This document shows, in pieces, positions 42,679 through 52,027 of a stretch of 64,000 nt of DNA. The translations under genes were made by a program, and so were the position numbers. Origin of the DNA: Terriglobales bacterium (GTDB taxonomy: Bacteria > Acidobacteriota > Aminicenantia > Aminicenantales > Saccharicenantaceae). Under the pieces are notes generated by a model, which ran no database searches, was not told the origin of the DNA, and saw only the letters and a program-made list of their open reading frames with translations. Positions within the stretch are counted from its first letter, which is position 1. Every line of letters begins with the position of its first letter. The DNA lies in the NCBI GenBank assembly GCA_035543515.1, contig DATKJS010000095.1:24633-88632 (forward strand). Reading direction: 5' to 3'.

Positions 42679-43845
42679 TCAGGGCCTTTTCTTCTTCATC
42701 GCGGCGATCGAACCGACGGCCTTGATCGCCGCGGCGATGTCCTCTTCCGTGTTGAAGGGGCCGATCCCGAACCTGACGGCGCCGTGGATCTTGTCCGTCC
42801 CGATCTGTTCGTGGACCAGGGGGGCACAGTGGAGCCCGGTCCGGGCGGCGATGTTGTGGTCGACGTCGAGCATTGTCCCCACGTCGCCCGCGACCAGCCC
42901 GTCCACATTGAAGGCCAGGACGCTGATATGGTTCTCGAGATCGTCAAGGCAGTAAAGGGTCACGCCCGGGATGTCGCGCAGCCCGTCCCGGAGCATCCGG
43001 GTCAGCCGGAGCTCCTGCTCGTGGATCTTCTGCAAGCCCCTGGCTAGGACCCATTTCAGTCCGGCGATGAGTCCGGCGATGCCGGCGACGTTGGGCGTGC
43101 CGTATTCGAGGCGGTAAGGATACTCCTCGAGGTGGGTCCGGACGGCCGAGCGGACCCCGGTCCCGCCCGCGCGCGTGTGGCGGATCTCGATCCCCTCGCG
43201 GACGTAGAGGCCGCCGATGCCCGTCGGGCCGAGGAGCGACTTGTGCCCGGTGAAGGCGACGACGTCGAGGAACTGGGCCTCCATATCGATCGGGACCTTG
43301 CCCGCGGATTGGGAGGCGTCGATGGCGAAAGGGATGCCGGCCTCACGGCAGAGCCGGCCGATCTCCCCGATGGGCTGGACCGTCCCGATGACGTTGGACG
43401 CGTGGTTGACGATGACCAGGCGGGTCGTCGGCCGGAAACGCTTCCGGAACTCGGACGGGTCGACGAATCCGGCAGCGTCGAACGGCACGTAGTCGACGCT
43501 GACCCCGGCCAGGGATTGATGGTAGAGGGGACGCAGGACGGAATTGTGCTCGATCGTGGTCGTGATGGCGTGGTCGCCGGGCTTCAGCATCCCGAAGATG
43601 ATCAGGTTGAGGGCGTCGGTGGAATTGTAGGAGAAGCACAGCCGGTTGGGGTCGGTGCCCTTGAAGAACTCGGTCAGCATCTTCCGCGTCGTCTCGACGA
43701 CCTCGCCGGCCTCCAGGCAGAGGTCATAGCCGGAGCGCCCGGGGTTGACGCCGAAGTTCCTGTAGAAATAGTCCATGTACGTGTAGACCTCTTCCGGCTT
43801 GGGGAAGGAGGTCGCGCCGTTGTCGAGGTAGATGAGCTTCGTCAA
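42679..43845 (-). CDS. class-V aminotransferase-fold cysteine desulfurase family protein
   Basis: The N-terminus is IYLDNGATSFPKP. The PLP-Lys motif is FTGHKSLLGPTGIGGLYV, and RTGLHCAP lies near the C-terminus. The start codon is TTG, with GAGGAGG 5 nt upstream. Confidence 0.85.
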   Translation of the reverse strand: MTKLIYLDNGATSFPKPEEVYTYMDYFYRNFGVNPGRSGYDLCLEAGEVVETTRKMLTEFFKGTDPNRLCFSYNSTDALNLIIFGMLKPGDHAITTTIEHNSVLRPLYHQSLAGVSVDYVPFDAAGFVDPSEFRKRFRPTTRLVIVNHASNVIGTVQPIGEIGRLCREAGIPFAIDASQSAGKVPIDMEAQFLDVVAFTGHKSLLGPTGIGGLYVREGIEIRHTRAGGTGVRSAVRTHLEEYPYRLEYGTPNVAGIAGLIAGLKWVLARGLQKIHEQELRLTRMLRDGLRDIPGVTLYCLDDLENHISVLAFNVDGLVAGDVGTMLDVDHNIAARTGLHCAPLVHEQIGTDKIHGAVRFGIGPFNTEEDIAAAIKAVGSIAAMKKKRP

Positions 43846-44071
43846 GGACGCCTCCTCGGACGGTCCGGCCGTCTGGTCGTTCCAAAGGACCCCATGGTAA
43901 ACAAACGGACCGGCAAAATCAATTCCCCGCTGCGCGGCGCGGGGGAGGGGAGGCCGGGTCGGGCTGAACGCGGCCGGGCTTGCCTTCCGGCCGGGGCCGG
44001 ATAGAATGGAAGGGGAGGTGGAGATGGACGGCCGGAACGCGTGCCATGACGGCGGCTGCCGCCGGGGAAAG

Positions 44072-44572
44072 ATGACCTATTACCTCGCACTCGGCAGCAA
44101 CCTCGGCGACAAGCGGCGCAACCTCGAGCGGGCCCGCCGGCGGCTCGAGCGGGCCGGGGTCGAGGTCCGCCGGTCGTCCTCCGTCTACAGGACGGATCCC
44201 GTCGATTTCGTCGACCAGCCCTGGTTCCTCAACCAGGCCCTCGAGGTCCGGACGGACCGCACGCCGCAAGAGCTCCTGGAGCTGGCCAAGGCGATCGAAG
44301 CCGGGCTGGGGCGTGTCCCGGCGGAGACGAAGGGGCCGCGGACGATCGACGTCGACCTCCTGCTCGCGGGGGAGACGGTCATCGAGAGCCCCGAGCTGAC
44401 CGTGCCGCACCCGCGGCTGGCCCGGCGGAATTTTGTCCTCGTCCCGCTCGCGGAGATCGCCCCCCGGGCGGTGCACCCGGTCCTGCGGAAGACCGTCCGC
44501 GAGCTGGCCCGGGAATGCCCGGATCGGTCGGCGGTCGTCCGCGAGGGGGCCCGGGCTTCTCGACGGAGCTGA
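44072..44572 (+). CDS. folK: 2-amino-4-hydroxy-6-hydroxymethyldihydropteridine diphosphokinase
   Basis: Motifs are YYLALGSNLGD..., GPRTIDVDLLL and LTVPHPRLARRNFVLVPLAEIAP. I chose the ATG at 44072. Confidence 0.85.
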   Translation: MTYYLALGSNLGDKRRNLERARRRLERAGVEVRRSSSVYRTDPVDFVDQPWFLNQALEVRTDRTPQELLELAKAIEAGLGRVPAETKGPRTIDVDLLLAGETVIESPELTVPHPRLARRNFVLVPLAEIAPRAVHPVLRKTVRELARECPDRSAVVREGARASRRS

Positions 44573-44580
44573 AACGCTGG

Positions 44581-44619
44581 CCGGTCACCGCCGTAGCGGG
44601 GGAAGGCGGCCGGAATTTT
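44581..44619 (+). terminator. possible intrinsic terminator after folK
   Basis: CCGG-tca-CCGCC, a 12-nt loop, GGCGG-CCGG, followed by AATTTT. Confidence 0.35.
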
Positions 44620-44987
44620 CAGAAAGCGTTCACGATGTGGTCGACAATATCCCCCGTCCCCCCGCCGGACCGGATGGCGACGACGTCGAACCGGCAGCGG
44701 ACGTCCCCCGGCCGTCGCAAGAGCAAATAGCCTTCGGCGACCTTCCGAATCCGCCGCCGTTTCTCCGCCGTCACGGATTCCTCGGGCCGGCCGAAACCAC
44801 CTCCCGTCCGCATCTTGACCTCGACGAAGACCAGGGTGTCGCCGTCCCGGGCGACGATGTCGATCTCGCCGCGGAGGAATCGGAAGCGGGTCTCGATGAT
44901 CGCGTATCCCTTGCGGCGGAGATACTTGAGGGCGACGAGCTCGCCAGTCCGGCCGAGGTCCTGGGTGCTTTTCCTGATGCCGAACAC
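44619..44987 (-). CDS. yraN: YraN-family (UPF0102) endonuclease-like protein
   Basis: The motif is GELVALKYLRRKGYAIIETRFRFLRGEIDIVARDGDTLVFVEVK. Confidence 0.8.
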   Translation of the reverse strand: MFGIRKSTQDLGRTGELVALKYLRRKGYAIIETRFRFLRGEIDIVARDGDTLVFVEVKMRTGGGFGRPEESVTAEKRRRIRKVAEGYLLLRRPGDVRCRFDVVAIRSGGGTGDIVDHIVNAF

Positions 44988-45042
44988 CTTGTCCCCCTGA
45001 CGACGGCCCCGGGCCTGCGGTCTCGAGAGCGGAGGCCCCCGG

Positions 45043-46530
<1,488 letters not shown>

Positions 46531-46614
46531 TATGGGAACTCGGGCCGCGGGAGTCAACCGTTTTCCTCTTTCCCCCCAGGGAAATGACGTCCGCGAAGGT
46601 CCGGATGTCTCAAG

Positions 46615-46643
46615 TTGACCGTCCCTTGCTGTTGTGAAATAAT
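46615..46643 (+). promoter_or_regulatory. sigma70-like promoter for the lysine-catabolism gene pair
   Basis: TTGACC (46615-46620), a 17-nt spacer, then AATAAT (46638-46643). Confidence 0.45.
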
Positions 46644-46681
46644 GACCTTTCATCAAACCCATCATTCGACAAGGCGCCATC

Positions 46682-47995
46682 ATGAACACCAAGATCGGCA
46701 TCCGGCGGGAAGACATCAACAAGTGGGAAAAGAGGGTGCCCCTCATCCCGTCGCACGCCCGCGAGCTCACCGAGAGGCACGCCCTCGAGTTCGTCGTCCA
46801 GCCGTCCGGGATCCGCGTCTTCTCGGACGATGACTACCGGCTCTCGGGCATCGCCGTCCGGGAGGACCTCTCCCCGTGCCCCATCGTCCTGGCCCTCAAG
46901 GAGATCCCCATCGAGCGGCTGGAAAAGGGCAAGGCCTACGTCTTCTTCTCCCACACGGCCAAGGGGCAGAGCCAGAACATGCCGATGCTGAAAAAGATGA
47001 TGGAGATGGGCTGTTCCATCATCGACTACGAGAAGATGGTCGACGACCAGGGCCGGCGGGTCCTGTTCTTCGGCAACTACGCCGGCCACGCCGGCATGGT
47101 CGACACGCTCTGGGCGCTCGGCCGGCGCCTGGCCGCCGAGGGCGTCCAGAACCCGTTCACCCTTCTCCATCCGACGCACCAGTACAAGAGCCTGGTCGAC
47201 GTCAAGGAGGCCGTCGGCCGCGTCGCCTGGAAGATCATCCGGGAGGGGCTCCCGGGCGGCCTCGACCCCTTCGTCGTCGGCTTCTTCGGCTACGGCCACG
47301 TCTCCGGCGGGGCCCAGGAGATCTTCGACATCCTGCCGACCGAGACCGTCCGGCCGTGCGACTTGCCGGGGCTCGTCGGGCGCCGCGCCGCCTCTCCCCG
47401 CACCCTTTTCAAGGTCGTCTTCAAGGAAGAGGACATGGTCGAGCCCATCGACCCGGGCCGCCCGTTCGAGCTTCAGGATTACTACAGGAATCCCGGCCGC
47501 TACCGGCCCGTCGCCGACCGCATGGTCCCTTATCTGACGGCCCTCGTCAACGGCATCTACTGGACCCCCCAGTACCCCAAGTTCGTGACGAAGACCTTCC
47601 TGAGGGAGCTCTACGGCGGCCCGGCCCGGCCCCGCCTCAGGGTCATCGGCGACATCACGTGCGATATCAACGGCTCGATCGAGAGCACGGTCGAAGCGAC
47701 GGACTCGGAGAACCCCGTCTACGTCTACGACCCCGTCCAGGACAAGGCGGTCTGCGGCGTCGAGGGGCGGGGCCCCGTCGTCCTCGCCGTCTACAACCTG
47801 CCGGCCGAGCTGCCGCTCGAGTCGTCCGCCTATTTCAGCTCGGGGCTCAAGGAGTACGTCCCGGCCATCGCCGGGGCCGATTTCAGCCGCCCCTTCGCCG
47901 ATTGCGGCCTGCCGGACGTCGTCCGCCGGGCCGTCATCCTCTACCGGGGAGAGCTCGCCCCCGACTATGCCTACCTGGCTCGCTACCTCACGTGA
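46682..47995 (+). CDS. lysine-ketoglutarate reductase (saccharopine dehydrogenase, L-lysine-forming) domain protein
   Basis: The sequence IGIRREDINKWEKRVPLIP...YVFFSHTAKGQSQNMPMLKKMMEMGCSIIDYEKMVDDQGRRVLFFGNYAGHAGMVD is collinear with the LKR half of eukaryotic AASS. Confidence 0.85.
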   Translation: MNTKIGIRREDINKWEKRVPLIPSHARELTERHALEFVVQPSGIRVFSDDDYRLSGIAVREDLSPCPIVLALKEIPIERLEKGKAYVFFSHTAKGQSQNMPMLKKMMEMGCSIIDYEKMVDDQGRRVLFFGNYAGHAGMVDTLWALGRRLAAEGVQNPFTLLHPTHQYKSLVDVKEAVGRVAWKIIREGLPGGLDPFVVGFFGYGHVSGGAQEIFDILPTETVRPCDLPGLVGRRAASPRTLFKVVFKEEDMVEPIDPGRPFELQDYYRNPGRYRPVADRMVPYLTALVNGIYWTPQYPKFVTKTFLRELYGGPARPRLRVIGDITCDINGSIESTVEATDSENPVYVYDPVQDKAVCGVEGRGPVVLAVYNLPAELPLESSAYFSSGLKEYVPAIAGADFSRPFADCGLPDVVRRAVILYRGELAPDYAYLARYLT

Positions 47996-48014
47996 GGTCT
48001 TGCGGGAGGACGCC

Positions 48015-49340
48015 ATGAAAAGAGTTCTCGTCTGCGGCGCGGGACTGGTCGCCGGTCCCCTCGTCAAGTACCTGCTCGGCCGGCCCGATTACGCCGTGAC
48101 CGTGGCCGACGTCGAGGTCGATCGGGCCAGAAAGCTCGTCGCCGGCCATCCGCGCGGCGAGGCCAAGGCCCTCTCCGTCGAGGACCGGGCGGCCCTGGCG
48201 GCCGAGATCGGCCGGGCCGACATCGTCGTCAGCATGGTCCCCTACACGTTCCACCCCGTCATCGCCGCCGCCGCCATCGAGGCCGGGCGGAGCGTCGTGA
48301 CCGCGTCCTACGTGAGCCCCGCCATGAGGGAGCTCGACGGGCGGGCCCGGGAGCGCGGCATCGTCATCCTCAACGAGCTCGGCCTCGACCCGGGCATCGA
48401 CCACATGGAGGCCATGAGGGTCATCCGCGAGGTCCACGCCGAGGGCGGGCGCGTCGTCGGCTTCACGTCCTACTGCGGCGGGCTGCCGTCCCCGGAGGCC
48501 AACACGAACCCCTTCGGCTACAAGTTCTCCTGGAGCCCGAAGGGCGTCCTGCTGGCCTCGAAGAACCAGGCCAAGTTCCTCCGGCACGGCGAGCTCGTCG
48601 TCATCCCCGCGGCGCAGCTCTTCGCGGCCCCGGAAACGATCGCCATCCCGGGGCTCGGGGATTTCGAGGGATACCCGAACCGGGACTCCGTCTCTTACCG
48701 AGAAATCTACGGCATCCCCGAGGCCGCGGACGTCTTCAGGGGAACCCTGCGCTACGCGGGCTGGTGCCGGACCCTGATGAGGATGGGCGAGCTCGGGCTG
48801 CTCGAGGACGCGCCGCAAAGGGAATGGAAGGGAATCACGTACCGGGCCCTCCTCGCGGAGCTGGCCCAGGCCCCGGCGGGGGAGGACGTCAAAGCCGCCG
48901 TGGCCCGGCGGCTGGGCCTCGAGCCTGCTTCGGACATCATGGCCAGGCTCGAATGGCTGGGGCTTTTCGCCGACGACCCGGTCCTTGTCGCCAAGGGCTC
49001 GGTCCTCGACGCCCTGGCGGCGCGGATGGTCGAGCGGCTCGCCTATGCGCCGGGCGAGAGGGACATGGTCATCCTCCAGCACGAGTTCGCGGTCGAGAGG
49101 CGCGACGGCCGGCGGGAGAAGATCACCTCATCGCTCATCGACTTCGGCATCCCGCACGGCGATTCCTCGATGTCGCGGACGGTCGGGCTACCGGCGGCCA
49201 TCGGCGCCCGGATGATCCTCGAGGGGCGGATCCGGGAGACGGGCGTCATCGTGCCCGTGACGCCGGACATCTACAACCCGATCCTCGACGAGCTGGCCGG
49301 GGCCGGCATCCGCTTCCGCGAAGAACGTCACGCGCTTTGA
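48015..49340 (+). CDS. saccharopine dehydrogenase (L-glutamate-forming)
   Basis: VLVCGAGLVAGP..., TASYVSPAMRELD..., ELGLDPGIDHM... and YCGGLPSPEANTNPFGYKFSWSPKGVL match the SDH half of AASS. I chose the ATG at 48015, with GGGAGGA upstream. Confidence 0.88.
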   Translation: MKRVLVCGAGLVAGPLVKYLLGRPDYAVTVADVEVDRARKLVAGHPRGEAKALSVEDRAALAAEIGRADIVVSMVPYTFHPVIAAAAIEAGRSVVTASYVSPAMRELDGRARERGIVILNELGLDPGIDHMEAMRVIREVHAEGGRVVGFTSYCGGLPSPEANTNPFGYKFSWSPKGVLLASKNQAKFLRHGELVVIPAAQLFAAPETIAIPGLGDFEGYPNRDSVSYREIYGIPEAADVFRGTLRYAGWCRTLMRMGELGLLEDAPQREWKGITYRALLAELAQAPAGEDVKAAVARRLGLEPASDIMARLEWLGLFADDPVLVAKGSVLDALAARMVERLAYAPGERDMVILQHEFAVERRDGRREKITSSLIDFGIPHGDSSMSRTVGLPAAIGARMILEGRIRETGVIVPVTPDIYNPILDELAGAGIRFREERHAL

Positions 49341-49348
49341 GAGAAAGA

Positions 49349-49385
49349 ACGGGGGTGTCCCTTTGGGAGGCCCCCGTCTTTTCTC
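49349..49385 (+). terminator. intrinsic terminator after the saccharopine dehydrogenase gene
   Basis: A 7-bp stem (ACGGGGG / CCCCCGT) with an inner TCCC-TTT-GGGA extension, followed by CTTTTCTC. Confidence 0.65.
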
Positions 49386-49390
49386 GCGGT

Positions 49391-49419
49391 TTGACATTGT
49401 CGAGGCCGGTGCGTATTGT
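49391..49419 (+). promoter_or_regulatory. sigma70-like promoter
   Basis: TTGACA (49391-49396), a 17-nt spacer, then TATTGT (49414-49419). It lies 18 nt upstream of the ATG at 49437. Confidence 0.5.
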
Positions 49420-49436
49420 TGAGCTAGGGGCCGTCG

Positions 49437-50258
49437 ATGAAACGAAGACCGTACGTGGCCGGGAGCTTCTATCCGGGAGGGAGAGCGGCGCTCCTCGAGA
49501 CGCTCGGGTCGATGACAGACCGCGCCGCGGTCAAGAAGAAAGCTCTGGCCGTGGTCGTCCCCCACGCCGGCTACGTCTATTCCGGGCCGGTCGCGGGCGC
49601 CGTCTTCTCGTCGGTCGAGGTGCCGCGGACAGCCGTCATCCTGGGCCCTGCCCATAAGGAGATCGGCTCGCTCCTCGCCGTCCAGAGGGAGGGAAGCTGG
49701 CAGACGCCGCTCGGCGAATCGCCGGTCGAGAGCGGCCTGGCCGACCTCATCCTGGAAAAGTCGCCTCTCGCTTCAAACGACGCGCGGTCCCATCTCGGGG
49801 AGCACTCGCTCGAGGTCGAGCTCCCGTTCCTTCAGTATTTCGAGCCGGACGTCGCGATCGTGCCCGTCTGCGTCTCGCACGAGGCGGCCTACGACGAGCT
49901 CGAGGCCTTCGGCCGAGCCCTGGCCGACGCGGTCCGGGCCTTCGGCCGCGACGTCCTCATCGTGGCCAGCACGGACATGAGCCACTATGTGAGCCAGAAG
50001 ACGGCCGAAGCGCAGGATGCCCTGGCCATCCGCAAGGTCCTGGAGCTCGACGCCCCCGGGCTCTTCAAGACCGTCCGGGACAAGCGCATCACGATGTGCG
50101 GCTTCCAGCCGACCACGGCGGCCATCGTCGCGGCCGTCAGGCTGGGCGCTTCCCGGGCCGAACTCGTTAGCTATCAGACGTCGGGGGAGAGGACGGGGGA
50201 TTACAGCCAAGTTGTTGGGTACGCAGGAATTAGGATTCTTCCCGGGAACGACTCTTAA
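49437..50258 (+). CDS. Memo-like protein (AmmeMemoRadiSam system protein B family)
   Basis: Motifs are PYVAGSFYPG, VVPHAGYVYSG, GEHSLEVELPFLQ and STDMSHY. Confidence 0.85.
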   Translation: MKRRPYVAGSFYPGGRAALLETLGSMTDRAAVKKKALAVVVPHAGYVYSGPVAGAVFSSVEVPRTAVILGPAHKEIGSLLAVQREGSWQTPLGESPVESGLADLILEKSPLASNDARSHLGEHSLEVELPFLQYFEPDVAIVPVCVSHEAAYDELEAFGRALADAVRAFGRDVLIVASTDMSHYVSQKTAEAQDALAIRKVLELDAPGLFKTVRDKRITMCGFQPTTAAIVAAVRLGASRAELVSYQTSGERTGDYSQVVGYAGIRILPGNDS

Positions 50259-50269
50259 CTCCCAGTCAT

Positions 50270-50299
50270 TTGACAAGCGGCGACTCTTAGTGCTATAAA
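50270..50299 (+). promoter_or_regulatory. sigma70-like promoter abutting the hrcA start codon
   Basis: TTGACA (50270-50275), an 18-nt spacer, then TATAAA (50294-50299). The ATG lies only 5 nt after the -10 box. Confidence 0.4.
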
Positions 50300-50304
50300 A
50301 AAAG

Positions 50305-51372
50305 ATGGCGAAGATGTCCAAGTCTGCCCTGTGCGAGAAGGACCGGGAGGTCCTGAAACTCATCGTCGAGGACTACCTGCGAAGCGGCCGGCCGGTGAGC
50401 TCGGGCGCGATCGCCGGGAACCGGAGGTTCCGCGGCTCGTCGGCGACGGTCCGCAACATCATGGCCAAGCTCGAGGACCACGACCTGCTGTCGAAGCCCC
50501 ACGCCTCGGCTGGACGCGTGCCCACCGACAAGGGGCTCCGTTCGTACGTCAACGGGCTCCTCTCCGGGCGGACCTTGGGGCCGAGCGACCTCCCCGTCCT
50601 CCCGGACGAGTTCCCGGCCCGGCCGACCGACCTTGATTCGCTGCTGGTCCAGGCATCGCGCCTTCTGGCGGATTATTCGGACAACCTCGGCTTCGTCATC
50701 TCTCCCCAGGTCTCCCGGGTCCAGCTCGAGCACGTCCGCTTCCTCCGCATCTCGCCGCGGCGGATCATGGCCGTCCTCGTCACGCCGTTCCAGATGGTCC
50801 TGACCGAGACGCTCGAGTCCGACATGGCCATGACGCAGGCCGAGCTCGACCGCGCCTCGCAGTACATCAATCAGAACTTCCCCGGCCGGAACCTGGCCTC
50901 TGTGCGCGACCTCCTCCTCCAGGAGCTCCCCAAGTCCCGTGACCGCTACGAGGACATCCTCAACAAGCTGACGGACCTGGTCAAGGTCGTCGTTAATCGC
51001 GAGGAGGACGAAAACCGGATCTTCATCCAGGGGAGCTCCCGGCTCCTGGGCAAGGCCGAGCTCTTCGACATGGGCCGGCTGAGGGCGCTCTTCCAGAACA
51101 TCGAGGAGAAGGCCACCCTAGTCAAGCTCCTGGCCGATTTCATCAGCCTGGACCGGGTCAAGGTCCTGATCGGCGCCGAGATCGAGTTCCCCGGAGTCCA
51201 GGACTGCTCCCTCGTCCTGTCGCACTACGGCACGAGCCATCAGGTCCTCGGCTCCCTGGGCATCCTCGGCCCCAAGCGCATCCCCTACGACCGCATCATC
51301 CCGCTCGTCGACCGCGTCGCCAGCCGTCTGAGCCGGGCGATCACCGTCATCGGCAGAGAGGTCTCGATATGA
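50305..51372 (+). CDS. hrcA: heat-inducible transcription repressor HrcA
   Basis: The N-terminal wHTH is REVLKLIVEDYLRSGRPVSSGAIA. At 355 aa the length is typical. It is the first gene of the hrcA-grpE-dnaK-dnaJ order. Confidence 0.88.
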   Translation: MAKMSKSALCEKDREVLKLIVEDYLRSGRPVSSGAIAGNRRFRGSSATVRNIMAKLEDHDLLSKPHASAGRVPTDKGLRSYVNGLLSGRTLGPSDLPVLPDEFPARPTDLDSLLVQASRLLADYSDNLGFVISPQVSRVQLEHVRFLRISPRRIMAVLVTPFQMVLTETLESDMAMTQAELDRASQYINQNFPGRNLASVRDLLLQELPKSRDRYEDILNKLTDLVKVVVNREEDENRIFIQGSSRLLGKAELFDMGRLRALFQNIEEKATLVKLLADFISLDRVKVLIGAEIEFPGVQDCSLVLSHYGTSHQVLGSLGILGPKRIPYDRIIPLVDRVASRLSRAITVIGREVSI

Positions 51373-52022
51373 TAGACGACGAAAAGGGCAAGCCCTCCGA
51401 GGAGATCGAGTACATCCCCCCCGCCGGCCCGGCGGGGGAGGAGGCGGCCAAGCCGGCCGCCGCGCCCGGGCCGGACACCGCCGCACCGACCGAAACACCC
51501 GCCCGCGAGGAGGAGGCCGCCTCCGTCAAGCTCCTGAAGGAGAAGCTCAAGAGGCGCGAGGCCGAGGCGAAGCAGCTCAAGAAGGAGATGGAGGGACTCA
51601 AGGACCAGTACGTGCGGAAGCTCGCCGACACGGAGAACCTGCGCAAGCGTCTCGAGCGCGAGAAGAACGATTATTTCCAGTACGCCCTGGGCGAGGTCCT
51701 GCTCGAGCTCCTGGGCGTCCTGGATAACTTCGAGCGGGCCCTCCAGGCTTCCGCGGGGGACGCGGATGGCAAGACGTTCCGGGAAGGGATCGACCTCATC
51801 TATCGGATGTTGATGAACCTCGTCCTCAAGCGAGACGTTGAGCCGATCGAGATCAAGGACGGAAAGTTCGACCCGACCCTGCACCACGCCGTGGTCGTCG
51901 AGGAATCGGCGGACGTCGAGGAGCCCCGGGTGGTCGAGGTCCTGCAGAAGGGATACCTGCTCAACGGCAGGCTCCTCCGGCCTGCCCTCGTCAGGGTCGT
52001 CGTCCCCAGGAAAAAGGACTGA
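51369..52022 (+). CDS. grpE: nucleotide exchange factor GrpE
   Basis: The start overlaps hrcA as ATGA. The motif is YVRKLADTENLRKRLEREK...FDPTLHHAV. The N-terminal extension is acidic and Pro-rich. Confidence 0.9.
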   Translation: MIDDEKGKPSEEIEYIPPAGPAGEEAAKPAAAPGPDTAAPTETPAREEEAASVKLLKEKLKRREAEAKQLKKEMEGLKDQYVRKLADTENLRKRLEREKNDYFQYALGEVLLELLGVLDNFERALQASAGDADGKTFREGIDLIYRMLMNLVLKRDVEPIEIKDGKFDPTLHHAVVVEESADVEEPRVVEVLQKGYLLNGRLLRPALVRVVVPRKKD

Positions 52023-52027
52023 GCGCA

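Noticed and set aside
50276-50299. CIRCE operator upstream of hrcA
   Set aside because: Only a 7/9 match to one half-site (TAGTGCTAT vs GAGTGCTAA) is present. The position of the partner half-site matches 5/9 and is not an inverted repeat. This does not support calling a CIRCE element.
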